NCBI GenBank assembly: GCA_963848295.1
Contig: CAWKDB010000010.1
Coordinates: forward strand, 2,368,001-2,432,000
Source: an uncultured delta proteobacterium
GTDB lineage: Bacteria; Myxococcota_A; Polyangia; Haliangiales; Haliangiaceae
DNA: 64,000 bases
Direction of reading: 5' to 3'
Part shown: piece after piece, positions 1 through 7,665 of the stretch
Position numbering within the stretch: the first letter of the stretch is position 1
Layout of the letters: every line of letters starts with the position of its first letter
The notes under the pieces: model-generated
The model's database searches: none
Told to the model about the DNA's origin: nothing
What the model saw: only the letters and a program-made list of their open reading frames with translations
Program-made: the position numbers and the translations under genes

Positions 1-1
1 T

Positions 2-820
2 ATGGAGATCCTGCGAGATCCAGCCGTCCTCTTCGTCGAAGGTGTCGGTGTCGAACGGCGGGACCAGGCTCGGAGGATCGAACGGATCGTTCACGGTCGG
101 GCGGGTCGACGTGTAGATGTCGGTCGTGGCGCCGCGGTTCGATGCGAAGTAGACGGTAAGGCAGTCCTTCGACAAGAAGGTCGACTGCTCGTTCGAGGTC
201 GTGTTGAGCTCGGCCACCGCCGTGCCCAGCCCGCTCCCGAGCGTGCCCTGGAACAGGTCCTGATCGCCGGCCGCGGTCGCGCGACTGACCATGAACACGT
301 TGTTGTCGCAGACCGCGAGCCACTTCTCGTACTTCGTCGGATCATTGACCGATGTGACCGCGACCGGGACCCCCCAGGGGCTGCCGACGTCGGCGCGGGT
401 CGTCATGTAGATGTCGCCGTTGCGGCCGAAGTAGAGGATCTTGTCGTCGTAGGACAGGCGCGGGCTCTCTTCGGCCACGGTCGTGTTCACCGCCGCCACC
501 GCGACCGCGGGGCCCCACGGATCCTGCGCGGTCGCGCGCGTCAGCACGAAGATGTCGTTGCTATCGCCGGCCACCGACTTCTTGAAGTACAGCTCGGTCA
601 GCGTCGAGTTCAGCGTGCAGTCGTCCTCGTTGGTGGTCGACAGATCGGCGCCATCGACGAGCTGCGCCGCGCCCCACGGTCCGAGCGCATCCGGCATCTG
701 GGTATCGCGCGCGACATCGAGCGGGTTCGCGTCGGACGCGACCGAATCGCTCGGAGCACCGCCCAGCGACGCACCGCACGCGGCGAGCGCCATGGCCCCC
801 AGCGCGATCCGGCAGCGCAT
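2..820 (-). CDS. Lipoprotein with TolB/PD40-like beta-propeller repeats (3' end runs off the window)
   Basis: Manual translation, absent from the ORF track: MRCRIALGAMALAAC (lipobox), then repeats such as EESPRLSYDDKILYF and EQSTFLSKDCLTVYFASNR..DIY. No stop before base 1. TATCAT lies 5 nt upstream of the ATG. Confidence 0.75.
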   Translation of the reverse strand, partial: MRCRIALGAMALAACGASLGGAPSDSVASDANPLDVARDTQMPDALGPWGAAQLVDGADLSTTNEDDCTLNSTLTELYFKKSVAGDSNDIFVLTRATAQDPWGPAVAVAAVNTTVAEESPRLSYDDKILYFGRNGDIYMTTRADVGSPWGVPVAVTSVNDPTKYEKWLAVCDNNVFMVSRATAAGDQDLFQGTLGSGLGTAVAELNTTSNEQSTFLSKDCLTVYFASNRGATTDIYTSTRPTVNDPFDPPSLVPPFDTDTFDEEDGWISQDLH

Positions 821-1024
821 AACTAATGATAACCGCTGGCTCGCCAAAGTGGGCAGAAACTGCCGCGAACTCCTCGACGATCGAGGCGGGTCGGGCGATC
901 TGCCTCGACTGTGGTGCGGCCTTCACGGCGTCGGCGACCGTCGCGATGTGCACGGCTGCGTAACCTCTCGGCATTGTCGCTGGTACCGAGTTTGCTCATC
1001 ACCGCGATCCTAGGAGGATTGCAG

Positions 1025-1360
1025 ATGCAGCTTAAGAACGCGCTCGTCAGTCTGTTGTTCGCCGGTGTCGCGGCTGGAGCCGCCGGCTGTGTAGGCGAAG
1101 GTCAGGTCGCGGTTGCCGGCCCGACGGCGGAAGTCGAAGTCGATGCCGAACCACCACCGCCGCCGGCGGGGGAGATCGTCGTGTCGGCACCGCGGCCGGG
1201 GTTCGTGTGGATCGAAGGTCGCCACCGCTGGGTCGGTGGTCGTTGGGTGTGGGAGCGCGGTCGTTACGAGCGCGAACGCGCGGGCTATCACTACGTGCAA
1301 GCTCGCTACGAGATGCGCGGCCGACGCCGCGTGTGGATCGAAGGCGGCTGGCGGCGGTAG
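1025..1360 (+). CDS. YXWGXW-repeat lipoprotein
   Basis: AGGAGG RBS at ~1012-1017; signal peptide ending AAGC; PPPPP linker; PRPGFVWIEGRHRWVGGRWVWERG and VWIEGGW repeats. Confidence 0.85.
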   Translation: MQLKNALVSLLFAGVAAGAAGCVGEGQVAVAGPTAEVEVDAEPPPPPAGEIVVSAPRPGFVWIEGRHRWVGGRWVWERGRYERERAGYHYVQARYEMRGRRRVWIEGGWRR

Positions 1361-1371
1361 TCTGCGGGGCC

Positions 1372-2469
1372 TTGCATCGGCTCCTGGGATTCGTCGCGGC
1401 GCTCGTGTTGGCGGGCTGTAGCCGTAGCCCCGCGCCGCCAGCGCCGATCGCGATCGATCCCGCGACCGCTGCGACCTATCTGCGGACGTGCGCGCCGTGT
1501 CACGGCGCCGATGGGCACGGTTACGCGGCCGATCACGCGCCCTCGCTCGTGACCTCGACGTTTCTCGAGAGCGCGAGCGACGAGTTCCTGAAACGCTCGA
1601 TCGTCTACGGCCGGCCCGGGACGGCGATGGCAGCGTACGGCAAGGCGATGGGCGGCCCGCTGGACGACGCGAGCATCACCAAGCTCGTCGGGTGGCTGCG
1701 GGCGCATGGTCCGGCGGCGAAGGCGTTGGCCAGCGCGTCGAACACCGGCGATCCGGCTCGCGGTGCTCCGCTCTACGCGCAGCGCTGCCAGCCATGCCAC
1801 GGCGACCGCGACACGCGCGGCGAAGGCGTGCACCTCGCCAATACGAAGTTCTTGGCGCTCGCGTCGAATGCGTTCATCCGCTACGCGATCGTCAACGGCC
1901 GGCCCGGCACGAAGATGCTGCCGTTCGGCGCGACGCTGACCGGCGAGAACATCGACGACCTCGTCGCGTACATCCGGAAGTTCGCGGTGGCCAAGACGGT
2001 CGGCTCGCTGCCCCCTCCGACCGGGACCGAGCCGCTCGTGCTCAACCCGAAGGGGCCGCCGGCGGTGTTCGAGCTCAAAGAAGATCGCTACGTCGCGGCC
2101 GAACAAGTCGCGACCGCGCTCGCGCAGCACGCCCGGCTCGTCATCATCGACGCGCGTCCGGCGTCGGATTGGATGCGCGTCCACATCACCGGCGCGGTCT
2201 CGATCCCGTACCTCGACATGAAGCGGCTCGACGAGCTGACCAACGACGGCACGTGGATCGTCGCGTATTGCGCGTGCCCGCACCACCTGTCGGGCCTCGT
2301 CGTCGACGAGTTGCGCAAGCGCGGGTTCAAGCATGCGGTCGTGCTCGACGAAGGCATCCTCGAGTGGCATCGTCGTGGCTATCCGGTCGTCGCGGCACCC
2401 GGCGTCGAGCCACCGCCGAAACAGCTCCCACCTCCGCCGCCGCCGCCGCCGCCGGCACTTCGTCCGTAG
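1372..2469 (+). CDS. Di-heme c-type cytochrome fused to a rhodanese-like domain, lipoprotein
   Basis: LAGC lipobox; CAPCH and CQPCH heme motifs, each followed by GRPGTxM (Met axial ligand); C-terminal IIDAR..HITGAVSIP..IVAYCACPHH..LDEGILEW rhodanese signature. TTG start inferred. Confidence 0.85.
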   Translation: MHRLLGFVAALVLAGCSRSPAPPAPIAIDPATAATYLRTCAPCHGADGHGYAADHAPSLVTSTFLESASDEFLKRSIVYGRPGTAMAAYGKAMGGPLDDASITKLVGWLRAHGPAAKALASASNTGDPARGAPLYAQRCQPCHGDRDTRGEGVHLANTKFLALASNAFIRYAIVNGRPGTKMLPFGATLTGENIDDLVAYIRKFAVAKTVGSLPPPTGTEPLVLNPKGPPAVFELKEDRYVAAEQVATALAQHARLVIIDARPASDWMRVHITGAVSIPYLDMKRLDELTNDGTWIVAYCACPHHLSGLVVDELRKRGFKHAVVLDEGILEWHRRGYPVVAAPGVEPPPKQLPPPPPPPPPALRP

Positions 2470-2557
2470 CCCCGAGGCCAATCGAACGATCGGCTGTCTG
2501 CGCGGAGCGAAGGACGGCCGAACCCTCAGGCCGAGGGGGCCCCGTTTGCGGGACTAC
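2466..2557. repeat. GTAG...CTAC-bounded REP/REPIN-like intergenic element (longest copy)
   Basis: Left 29 nt match 34105-34133 (reverse complement) at 26/29; right 22 nt match 35501-35522 (reverse complement) at 19/22. The stop codons of both convergent genes lie within the GTAG ends. Confidence 0.6.
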
Positions 2558-3516
2558 GACGCCTTCGCCGCGAGAGCCTCTTCGGCGAGCTCGTCGAAGC
2601 TCATCCGCTGACTGCGCGCGAGCTCGGCCGGCGTGAACAAGAACTTCGCGGCGCGCGGATCGGCGCCCATCGCGCGCAGCAGCGCCGGGCCGAAGATCCG
2701 GCCGAGCACCGGCTGGTTGTAGAGCCACTGCATCGCGCGCATGAACCGCGAGAACGGCGTGCGCGCGACCGTCGGCTTGCGCGTGATCAGCTGGATCCGC
2801 TTGAACGCCTCCGCCATCCGCCGGCCCGACGGATCCGTGTGATCCATCGGCGCGACGAACACCTCCTGCAGGAACGGCTTGGCGTGCCACATCATCGTGA
2901 CCAGGGCACGGGCGCCCGACACGAGCTCGCGAGGCGATGGCAGCGGCCGAGCGCGAATCTCCGCGAGGTGCTCGTCGGACGAGTACAGCTCGGTCATGTG
3001 AAAGTCGACCGCGATGTGGCGGCTCTCGTCGCGGTTGATCAGGTGCATCGCCCGCCGGCTCATGTCGTCAGCGACGTAATCGTCGAGCGAGCGCAACAGG
3101 GCGACGTCGAGGATCAGCTCGCCCGACGTGATGTACGCGTTCGCGATCTCCGGCGAGGTCCGGCGCACGAGCGCCAGGAAGTGCGGCCGGAACCGCGTGA
3201 GCGAAGCGCTCTCGGCGTACGCGCGGTAGCGGTGCACGTCGTAGTGGTCGGCGAGCCGGGCCGCGACCGCGGAGTGACGCTTCTCGTCGGCGACGAACGT
3301 CGCGAAGATCTTAGCGAGCGTCGGATCGTTCGTCTTTTCGCGTTGCACCTCGAACAGCGCGCCGGCGAGGAGCTCGATGCCGGCCATGTCGGTGAAGTAC
3401 TGCACCACCGCCTGCTCTTTTTCCCGAGGCAGCTCGGGCGGCGGCAGGGACCAGTCGAGATCGTCGATCGACCACTGATCGCGGATGCACTTGTCGAGCA
3501 TGCGGCCCAGGTCCAT
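2554..3516 (-). CDS. Ferritin-like di-iron protein (AurF/diiron oxygenase-like)
   Basis: QWSIDDLDW N-terminus; E...DEKRH and E...DESRH paired di-iron motifs. Confidence 0.75.
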   Translation of the reverse strand: MDLGRMLDKCIRDQWSIDDLDWSLPPPELPREKEQAVVQYFTDMAGIELLAGALFEVQREKTNDPTLAKIFATFVADEKRHSAVAARLADHYDVHRYRAYAESASLTRFRPHFLALVRRTSPEIANAYITSGELILDVALLRSLDDYVADDMSRRAMHLINRDESRHIAVDFHMTELYSSDEHLAEIRARPLPSPRELVSGARALVTMMWHAKPFLQEVFVAPMDHTDPSGRRMAEAFKRIQLITRKPTVARTPFSRFMRAMQWLYNQPVLGRIFGPALLRAMGADPRAAKFLFTPAELARSQRMSFDELAEEALAAKAS

Positions 3517-3546
3517 GACCTCACCATTTTACTGCATACTCGACGC

Positions 3547-5025
3547 GTGAGACGCGCGGTCTTTGCGCTGGCGGGGCTTGCCTTCGCCGGCGCCTGCGGC
3601 AATGGCGGCACGCCCGACGGCGGCACGCTGGCCAAGATCAAGGCGCGCGGCGAGATCGTGTGGGCGGCGGACGTCCAGGGCGGCGAGCCGTACGTCTATG
3701 AAGATCCTGACAATCCGACCCAGGTCATCGGCTTCGAGGTCGACATCATGAACGCGATCGCGCGCCGGCTCGGCATCAAGGCGCGCACCGTTCAGTACAA
3801 CTGGTCGAACCTGGTGCCGTCGCTCGAGCGCGGCGACTACGACGTCGCGATGAACGGGCTCGAGGCGACCGGGGACCGGCGCGAGCGCATCTTGTTGTCG
3901 GACCCGTACTACGTCTACGCCGAGACGCTCACCGTTCGCAACGACGCGCCGTATCGCTCGATCTTCGAGCTCGCCGGCAAACGCGTCGGCACGCTGAACC
4001 AGACGTTCGCCCACGACATCTTGCGAATGATCCCGACGATCGAGCCGGTGCTCTACGAGGGCAACGACGAGCCGTACCGCGATCTCGAGGACAAGCGCAC
4101 CGACGCGGTGCTGCTCGACGACGTGATCGCGAATCGCTACGGCTGCACGCCGCAACACCCGATGCTGAAGTGCGTCCCGTACGACGTCGCGCGCGGCACC
4201 TACGTGATCGGCATCCGCAAGAGCGATCCCGAGCTCAAGGCGGCGATCGACGGCGCGTTACGAGCCATGAAAAACGATGGCGAGCTCGAGCGGATCTTGC
4301 GCAAGGCCAAGCTGTGGAACGCGCGCCAGACCGACGATGCCGAGGAGACGGTCGCGAACGTTCGGCCGCGCCACTTCGACTTCGATCAGCTCGAGCTGTT
4401 CGCGTCGGCCGCGGTCGTCACGCTCGGCCTGTCGCTCGCCGCGTTCTTGCTCGCCGTGCCGATCGGGATCGCGCTCGCGGTCGCGCGCGTCTACGGTGGG
4501 CGCTTCGCCGGCGCGCTCGCGCGGATCTACATCGAGCTGTTTCGCGGCACGCCGGTGCTGCTCCAGCTCTACGTCCTCTACTACGGCCTCGCGCCGTATT
4601 ACAGCCTCGGGCCGATCCAGGCCGCGATCTTGGGCCTCGGCCTCAACTACGGCGCGTACGAAGCCGAGGTCTATCGCGGCGCGCTGCTCGCGATCCCGCG
4701 CGGACAGACCGAAGCGGCCAAGGCGCTCGGCCTCGGGCCGCGCCAGATCTTGCGCCACGTGCTCGTGCCCCAGGCGCTGCGGCTCGCGCTGCCGCCGATG
4801 ACGAACGACTTCGTGTCCCTGCTCAAGGACAGCTCGCTGGTCAGCGTGATCACCGTGATCGAGCTGACCAAGCGGATGACGATCGCCTCGGTCGATCTGC
4901 GCGGCTGGCTCTTGCCCGGCCTCGCGTGCGCGGCGTTCTACCTGCTGCTGAGCCTGCCGCTGTCGGAGATCGCGCGGCGGCTCGAGAGGAGGTTGGCGCG
5001 TGATCAGCGTCCGCAAGCTCTCTAA
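3547..5025 (+). CDS. Polar amino-acid ABC transporter, substrate-binding domain fused to permease
   Basis: AGAC lipobox; SBP_bac_3 motifs (IGFEVDI, SLERGDYD); permease motifs ELFRGTPVLLQL, EAA loop (GQTEAAKALG) and LLKDSSL. Start reassigned to GTG 3547. Confidence 0.92.
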   Translation: MRRAVFALAGLAFAGACGNGGTPDGGTLAKIKARGEIVWAADVQGGEPYVYEDPDNPTQVIGFEVDIMNAIARRLGIKARTVQYNWSNLVPSLERGDYDVAMNGLEATGDRRERILLSDPYYVYAETLTVRNDAPYRSIFELAGKRVGTLNQTFAHDILRMIPTIEPVLYEGNDEPYRDLEDKRTDAVLLDDVIANRYGCTPQHPMLKCVPYDVARGTYVIGIRKSDPELKAAIDGALRAMKNDGELERILRKAKLWNARQTDDAEETVANVRPRHFDFDQLELFASAAVVTLGLSLAAFLLAVPIGIALAVARVYGGRFAGALARIYIELFRGTPVLLQLYVLYYGLAPYYSLGPIQAAILGLGLNYGAYEAEVYRGALLAIPRGQTEAAKALGLGPRQILRHVLVPQALRLALPPMTNDFVSLLKDSSLVSVITVIELTKRMTIASVDLRGWLLPGLACAAFYLLLSLPLSEIARRLERRLARDQRPQAL

Positions 5026-5743
5026 GGCGCACGGCGCGCGCAAGGTGCTGCACGAGCTGTCCGCCGACGTGAAGCCGGGCGAGACGATCGCGGTCGTCGG
5101 GCCATCGGGCGGCGGCAAGTCGACGCTGTTGCGCTGCATGAACTACCTCGAGGCGTTCGACGGTGGCTCGATCGAGATCGCCGGGGTCGAGCTGGTCCCG
5201 GACATGGGCCGCAAGCATCGCGAGCGCCTGCGCGTGCTGCGAACGCGGGTCGGCATGGTGTTCCAGCAGTTCAACCTGTTCCCGCACCTGTCGGCGATCG
5301 ACAACATCACGCTCGCGCCGCGGCTCGTCCGCAAGCTCGCCCCGCGGACCGCCGAGCTGCGCGCCGCCGAGCTGCTCGCCCGGGTCGGGCTCGAGGATCG
5401 CGCGCAGTCGTATCCGCACGAGCTGTCGGGCGGCCAACAACAGCGCGTCGCGATCGCGCGCGCGCTCGCCCAGGACCCCGACGTCATGATGTTCGACGAG
5501 CCGACGAGCGCGCTCGATCCGGAGATGCGCGACGAAGTGATGACCGTGATCCGCGACCTCGCGGCCGGCGGCATGACGATGCTCGTCGTGACCCACGAGA
5601 TGGCGTTCGCGCGCGATATCGCGTCGCGGATCTGGGTGATCGACCGAGGCACGATCGCCGAGGACGGCGCGCCCGCTCAGGTCATCAGCGAGCCGCAGAG
5701 CGCGGTCGCGCGCGACTTCTTCGGCCGGCTGAAACGGCACTGA
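5000..5743 (+). CDS. Polar amino-acid ABC transporter ATP-binding protein (GlnQ-like)
   Basis: GPSGGGKST, FQQFNLFPH, LSGGQQQRVAIARAL, FDEPTSALDPE, VTHEM. Confidence 0.95.
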   Translation: MISVRKLSKAHGARKVLHELSADVKPGETIAVVGPSGGGKSTLLRCMNYLEAFDGGSIEIAGVELVPDMGRKHRERLRVLRTRVGMVFQQFNLFPHLSAIDNITLAPRLVRKLAPRTAELRAAELLARVGLEDRAQSYPHELSGGQQQRVAIARALAQDPDVMMFDEPTSALDPEMRDEVMTVIRDLAAGGMTMLVVTHEMAFARDIASRIWVIDRGTIAEDGAPAQVISEPQSAVARDFFGRLKRH

Positions 5744-5746
5744 GCG

Positions 5747-5917
5747 CTAACGCGGCTTCGCCAGGATTCGGCACAGCTCGCTGATCGCGGCCATCTCGCG
5801 AAGTCGTGCCGCGACGCCGTTCGGCGTCATGTCGACCCCGCGCTGCATCGGAGAGGTCTCGACCGCGCTGCGTCTCGCGACCTCGAGCAGCCTCGCGCCG
5901 ACGGCTTCAGGTGTCAT
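5747..5917 (-). CDS. 56-aa small protein with internal tandem repeat, coupled to the nucleotidyltransferase
   Basis: Manual translation MTPEAVGARLLEVARRSAVETSPMQRGVDMTPNGVAARLREMAAISELCRILAKPR; start overlaps the 3' end of the upstream gene; below the ORF-track size cutoff. Confidence 0.6.
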   Translation of the reverse strand: MTPEAVGARLLEVARRSAVETSPMQRGVDMTPNGVAARLREMAAISELCRILAKPR

Positions 5918-6389
5918 CGCCACCATAGGCGACCTCCTGGAGTCGCTGGATATCGACGATGTCTTGCGGCCGCCCGGCGGCGAGCTTCGACGTGATCAGA
6001 CCCTCGCGAGACACGACCGAGAGCTCGCGAACAACCCCATCGGGCGACGCGAACGCGACGCGCGAGCGCGTCCGCCACGCCGAGTCGACGCTCCCCTCGG
6101 CATGGAGCACGTCGAGCATCAGGGTCCGGCCATCGGTCTCGACCTTGGTGAACCGTTGAATCGAGACCCCGCTCGCGAATGTCCTCGGCAGCGCGTCGAG
6201 CGTGAAGCCGCACGATCGCGCCACCTCGCGAAGGCGCGGAACGTCAGCGGCACGGGCGAGAACATCGATGTCCATCGTGGCGCGCGGCGCCCCGTGGATC
6301 GCGAGCGCGATACCGCCGCAGATCGCGTAGTCGATCGCGGCCGCATCGAGTGCGGTCGTCAGAGCCACGACTTCGCCGAACAGATCCAC
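5907..6389 (-). CDS. Minimal nucleotidyltransferase family protein
   Basis: YAICGGIALAIHGAPRATMDIDVL (GG..DxD Pol-beta-like motif); C-terminal K..AGRPQDIVDI. GTG 6389 is preceded by TAAGCT-N7. Confidence 0.85.
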   Translation of the reverse strand: MDLFGEVVALTTALDAAAIDYAICGGIALAIHGAPRATMDIDVLARAADVPRLREVARSCGFTLDALPRTFASGVSIQRFTKVETDGRTLMLDVLHAEGSVDSAWRTRSRVAFASPDGVVRELSVVSREGLITSKLAAGRPQDIVDIQRLQEVAYGGDDT

Positions 6390-6471
6390 GAGATTTAGCT
6401 TAGCGAAGCGCGAGCCACCCGAGATGACGTAACCCGCTTGACCGCCGTCGCGGTCGGGGTGAAAAGACCGC

Positions 6472-7665
6472 ATGACTCGCATCACCGCCGGCTGGATCCT
6501 CGCGTTCGCTGCCTGCGGCGGTGGCCATGCAACCAGCGACGCGCCGAACGGCGGTGACTCGCACGCGGTCGATGGCGCGACCGGCGATGCCGGCTGCGGC
6601 CGCGTTGCCGCGCCCGTCGATCGCGTCCGCCGGGTCGTGATCTCGCATCCGTACGACGCGGCGAGCGACGAAGCGAACGCGTGGGAGGTGCTCGACCTGT
6701 CGACCGCCGGCGTGCTGACCCGCCCGAACCGCACGTTCACGATGGGCCGCGCGACCGACGGCGTGATGGCGTTTACCCCGGACGGCGAGATCGGCGTCGT
6801 CGCGCAAGAGGACGGCTCGCTCGGGGTCGTCCAGCTCGCGAGCGACGGCACGCCTACGGTGATCGCCGCGGCGTTCACCGGCAGCTTCTATGCGACCGGG
6901 GTCGCGATGGCGCCGTCCGGAGATCGGGTGTACGTGCTCGACGGCAACACGCGCGACAACGGCGGCGGCATCTACGCGGTCGACATCGCGTGCGACGGCA
7001 GCGTCACCGACGCCGGGCTCGTCGCGGCCGCGAAGCTTCCCGGCGGGCTCGCGTTCGTGCCGGGGAGCGACCGAGCGGTGGTCGCTGCGAGCGACTTCCT
7101 GACCTCGACCGCCGGCGACAGCGCGCACCTCGTCACGCTCGGCGCCACGCCGACCTGGATCGGCGGCGCGAACGCATTCGGCGACGCCATGGCGATCATC
7201 GGCGGCACGACGCTGACCGCCGACGCGGGGCACTTCTTGATCGGCGACAATAGCCAGTTCTCGGGGATTCCGAATCGCGTCGCGGTGGTCTCGGTGAGCG
7301 CGGATGCGGTGGCTGCGGTGACCGTGATCGCGAACGTCGGCGACCCCGAGGCGATCGTCGCGTCGCCATTCGGTGATGTCGCGCTCGTCAGCGATGGGTT
7401 CGGCAACGCGTTCCACGTGCTCGATGTCGGCGGCGCCGGCTGGGAGCTGCGCGGTGACGTGACGTATGTCGGTGCGGCGCCACAGCTACCCGCGGGCGCG
7501 GTCGAGATCACGGCCGGAATGCTCGCCGGCACCGCGCTCGTCGCCGAGAACCTCGGCGTGCGGATCGCGACGTTCGGTCGAGACGGCTCGGTCACCGATC
7601 ACGGCGCGTTCGCGCTCGGCAGCGGCACCGAGAACATCACCGGCGCGATCGGCGTCACTCCGTGA
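6472..7665 (+). CDS. Beta-propeller (YncE/lactonase-like) lipoprotein
   Basis: FAAC lipobox; repeated AFTPDG / AMAPSGDRVYVLD / AFVPGSD / VASPFGD blades. Confidence 0.7.
   Translation: MTRITAGWILAFAACGGGHATSDAPNGGDSHAVDGATGDAGCGRVAAPVDRVRRVVISHPYDAASDEANAWEVLDLSTAGVLTRPNRTFTMGRATDGVMAFTPDGEIGVVAQEDGSLGVVQLASDGTPTVIAAAFTGSFYATGVAMAPSGDRVYVLDGNTRDNGGGIYAVDIACDGSVTDAGLVAAAKLPGGLAFVPGSDRAVVAASDFLTSTAGDSAHLVTLGATPTWIGGANAFGDAMAIIGGTTLTADAGHFLIGDNSQFSGIPNRVAVVSVSADAVAAVTVIANVGDPEAIVASPFGDVALVSDGFGNAFHVLDVGGAGWELRGDVTYVGAAPQLPAGAVEITAGMLAGTALVAENLGVRIATFGRDGSVTDHGAFALGSGTENITGAIGVTP

Noticed and set aside
3547..5025. SBP-permease fusion as a novelty
   Set aside because: This is a known architecture (GlnP-type) among polar amino-acid ABC transporters.
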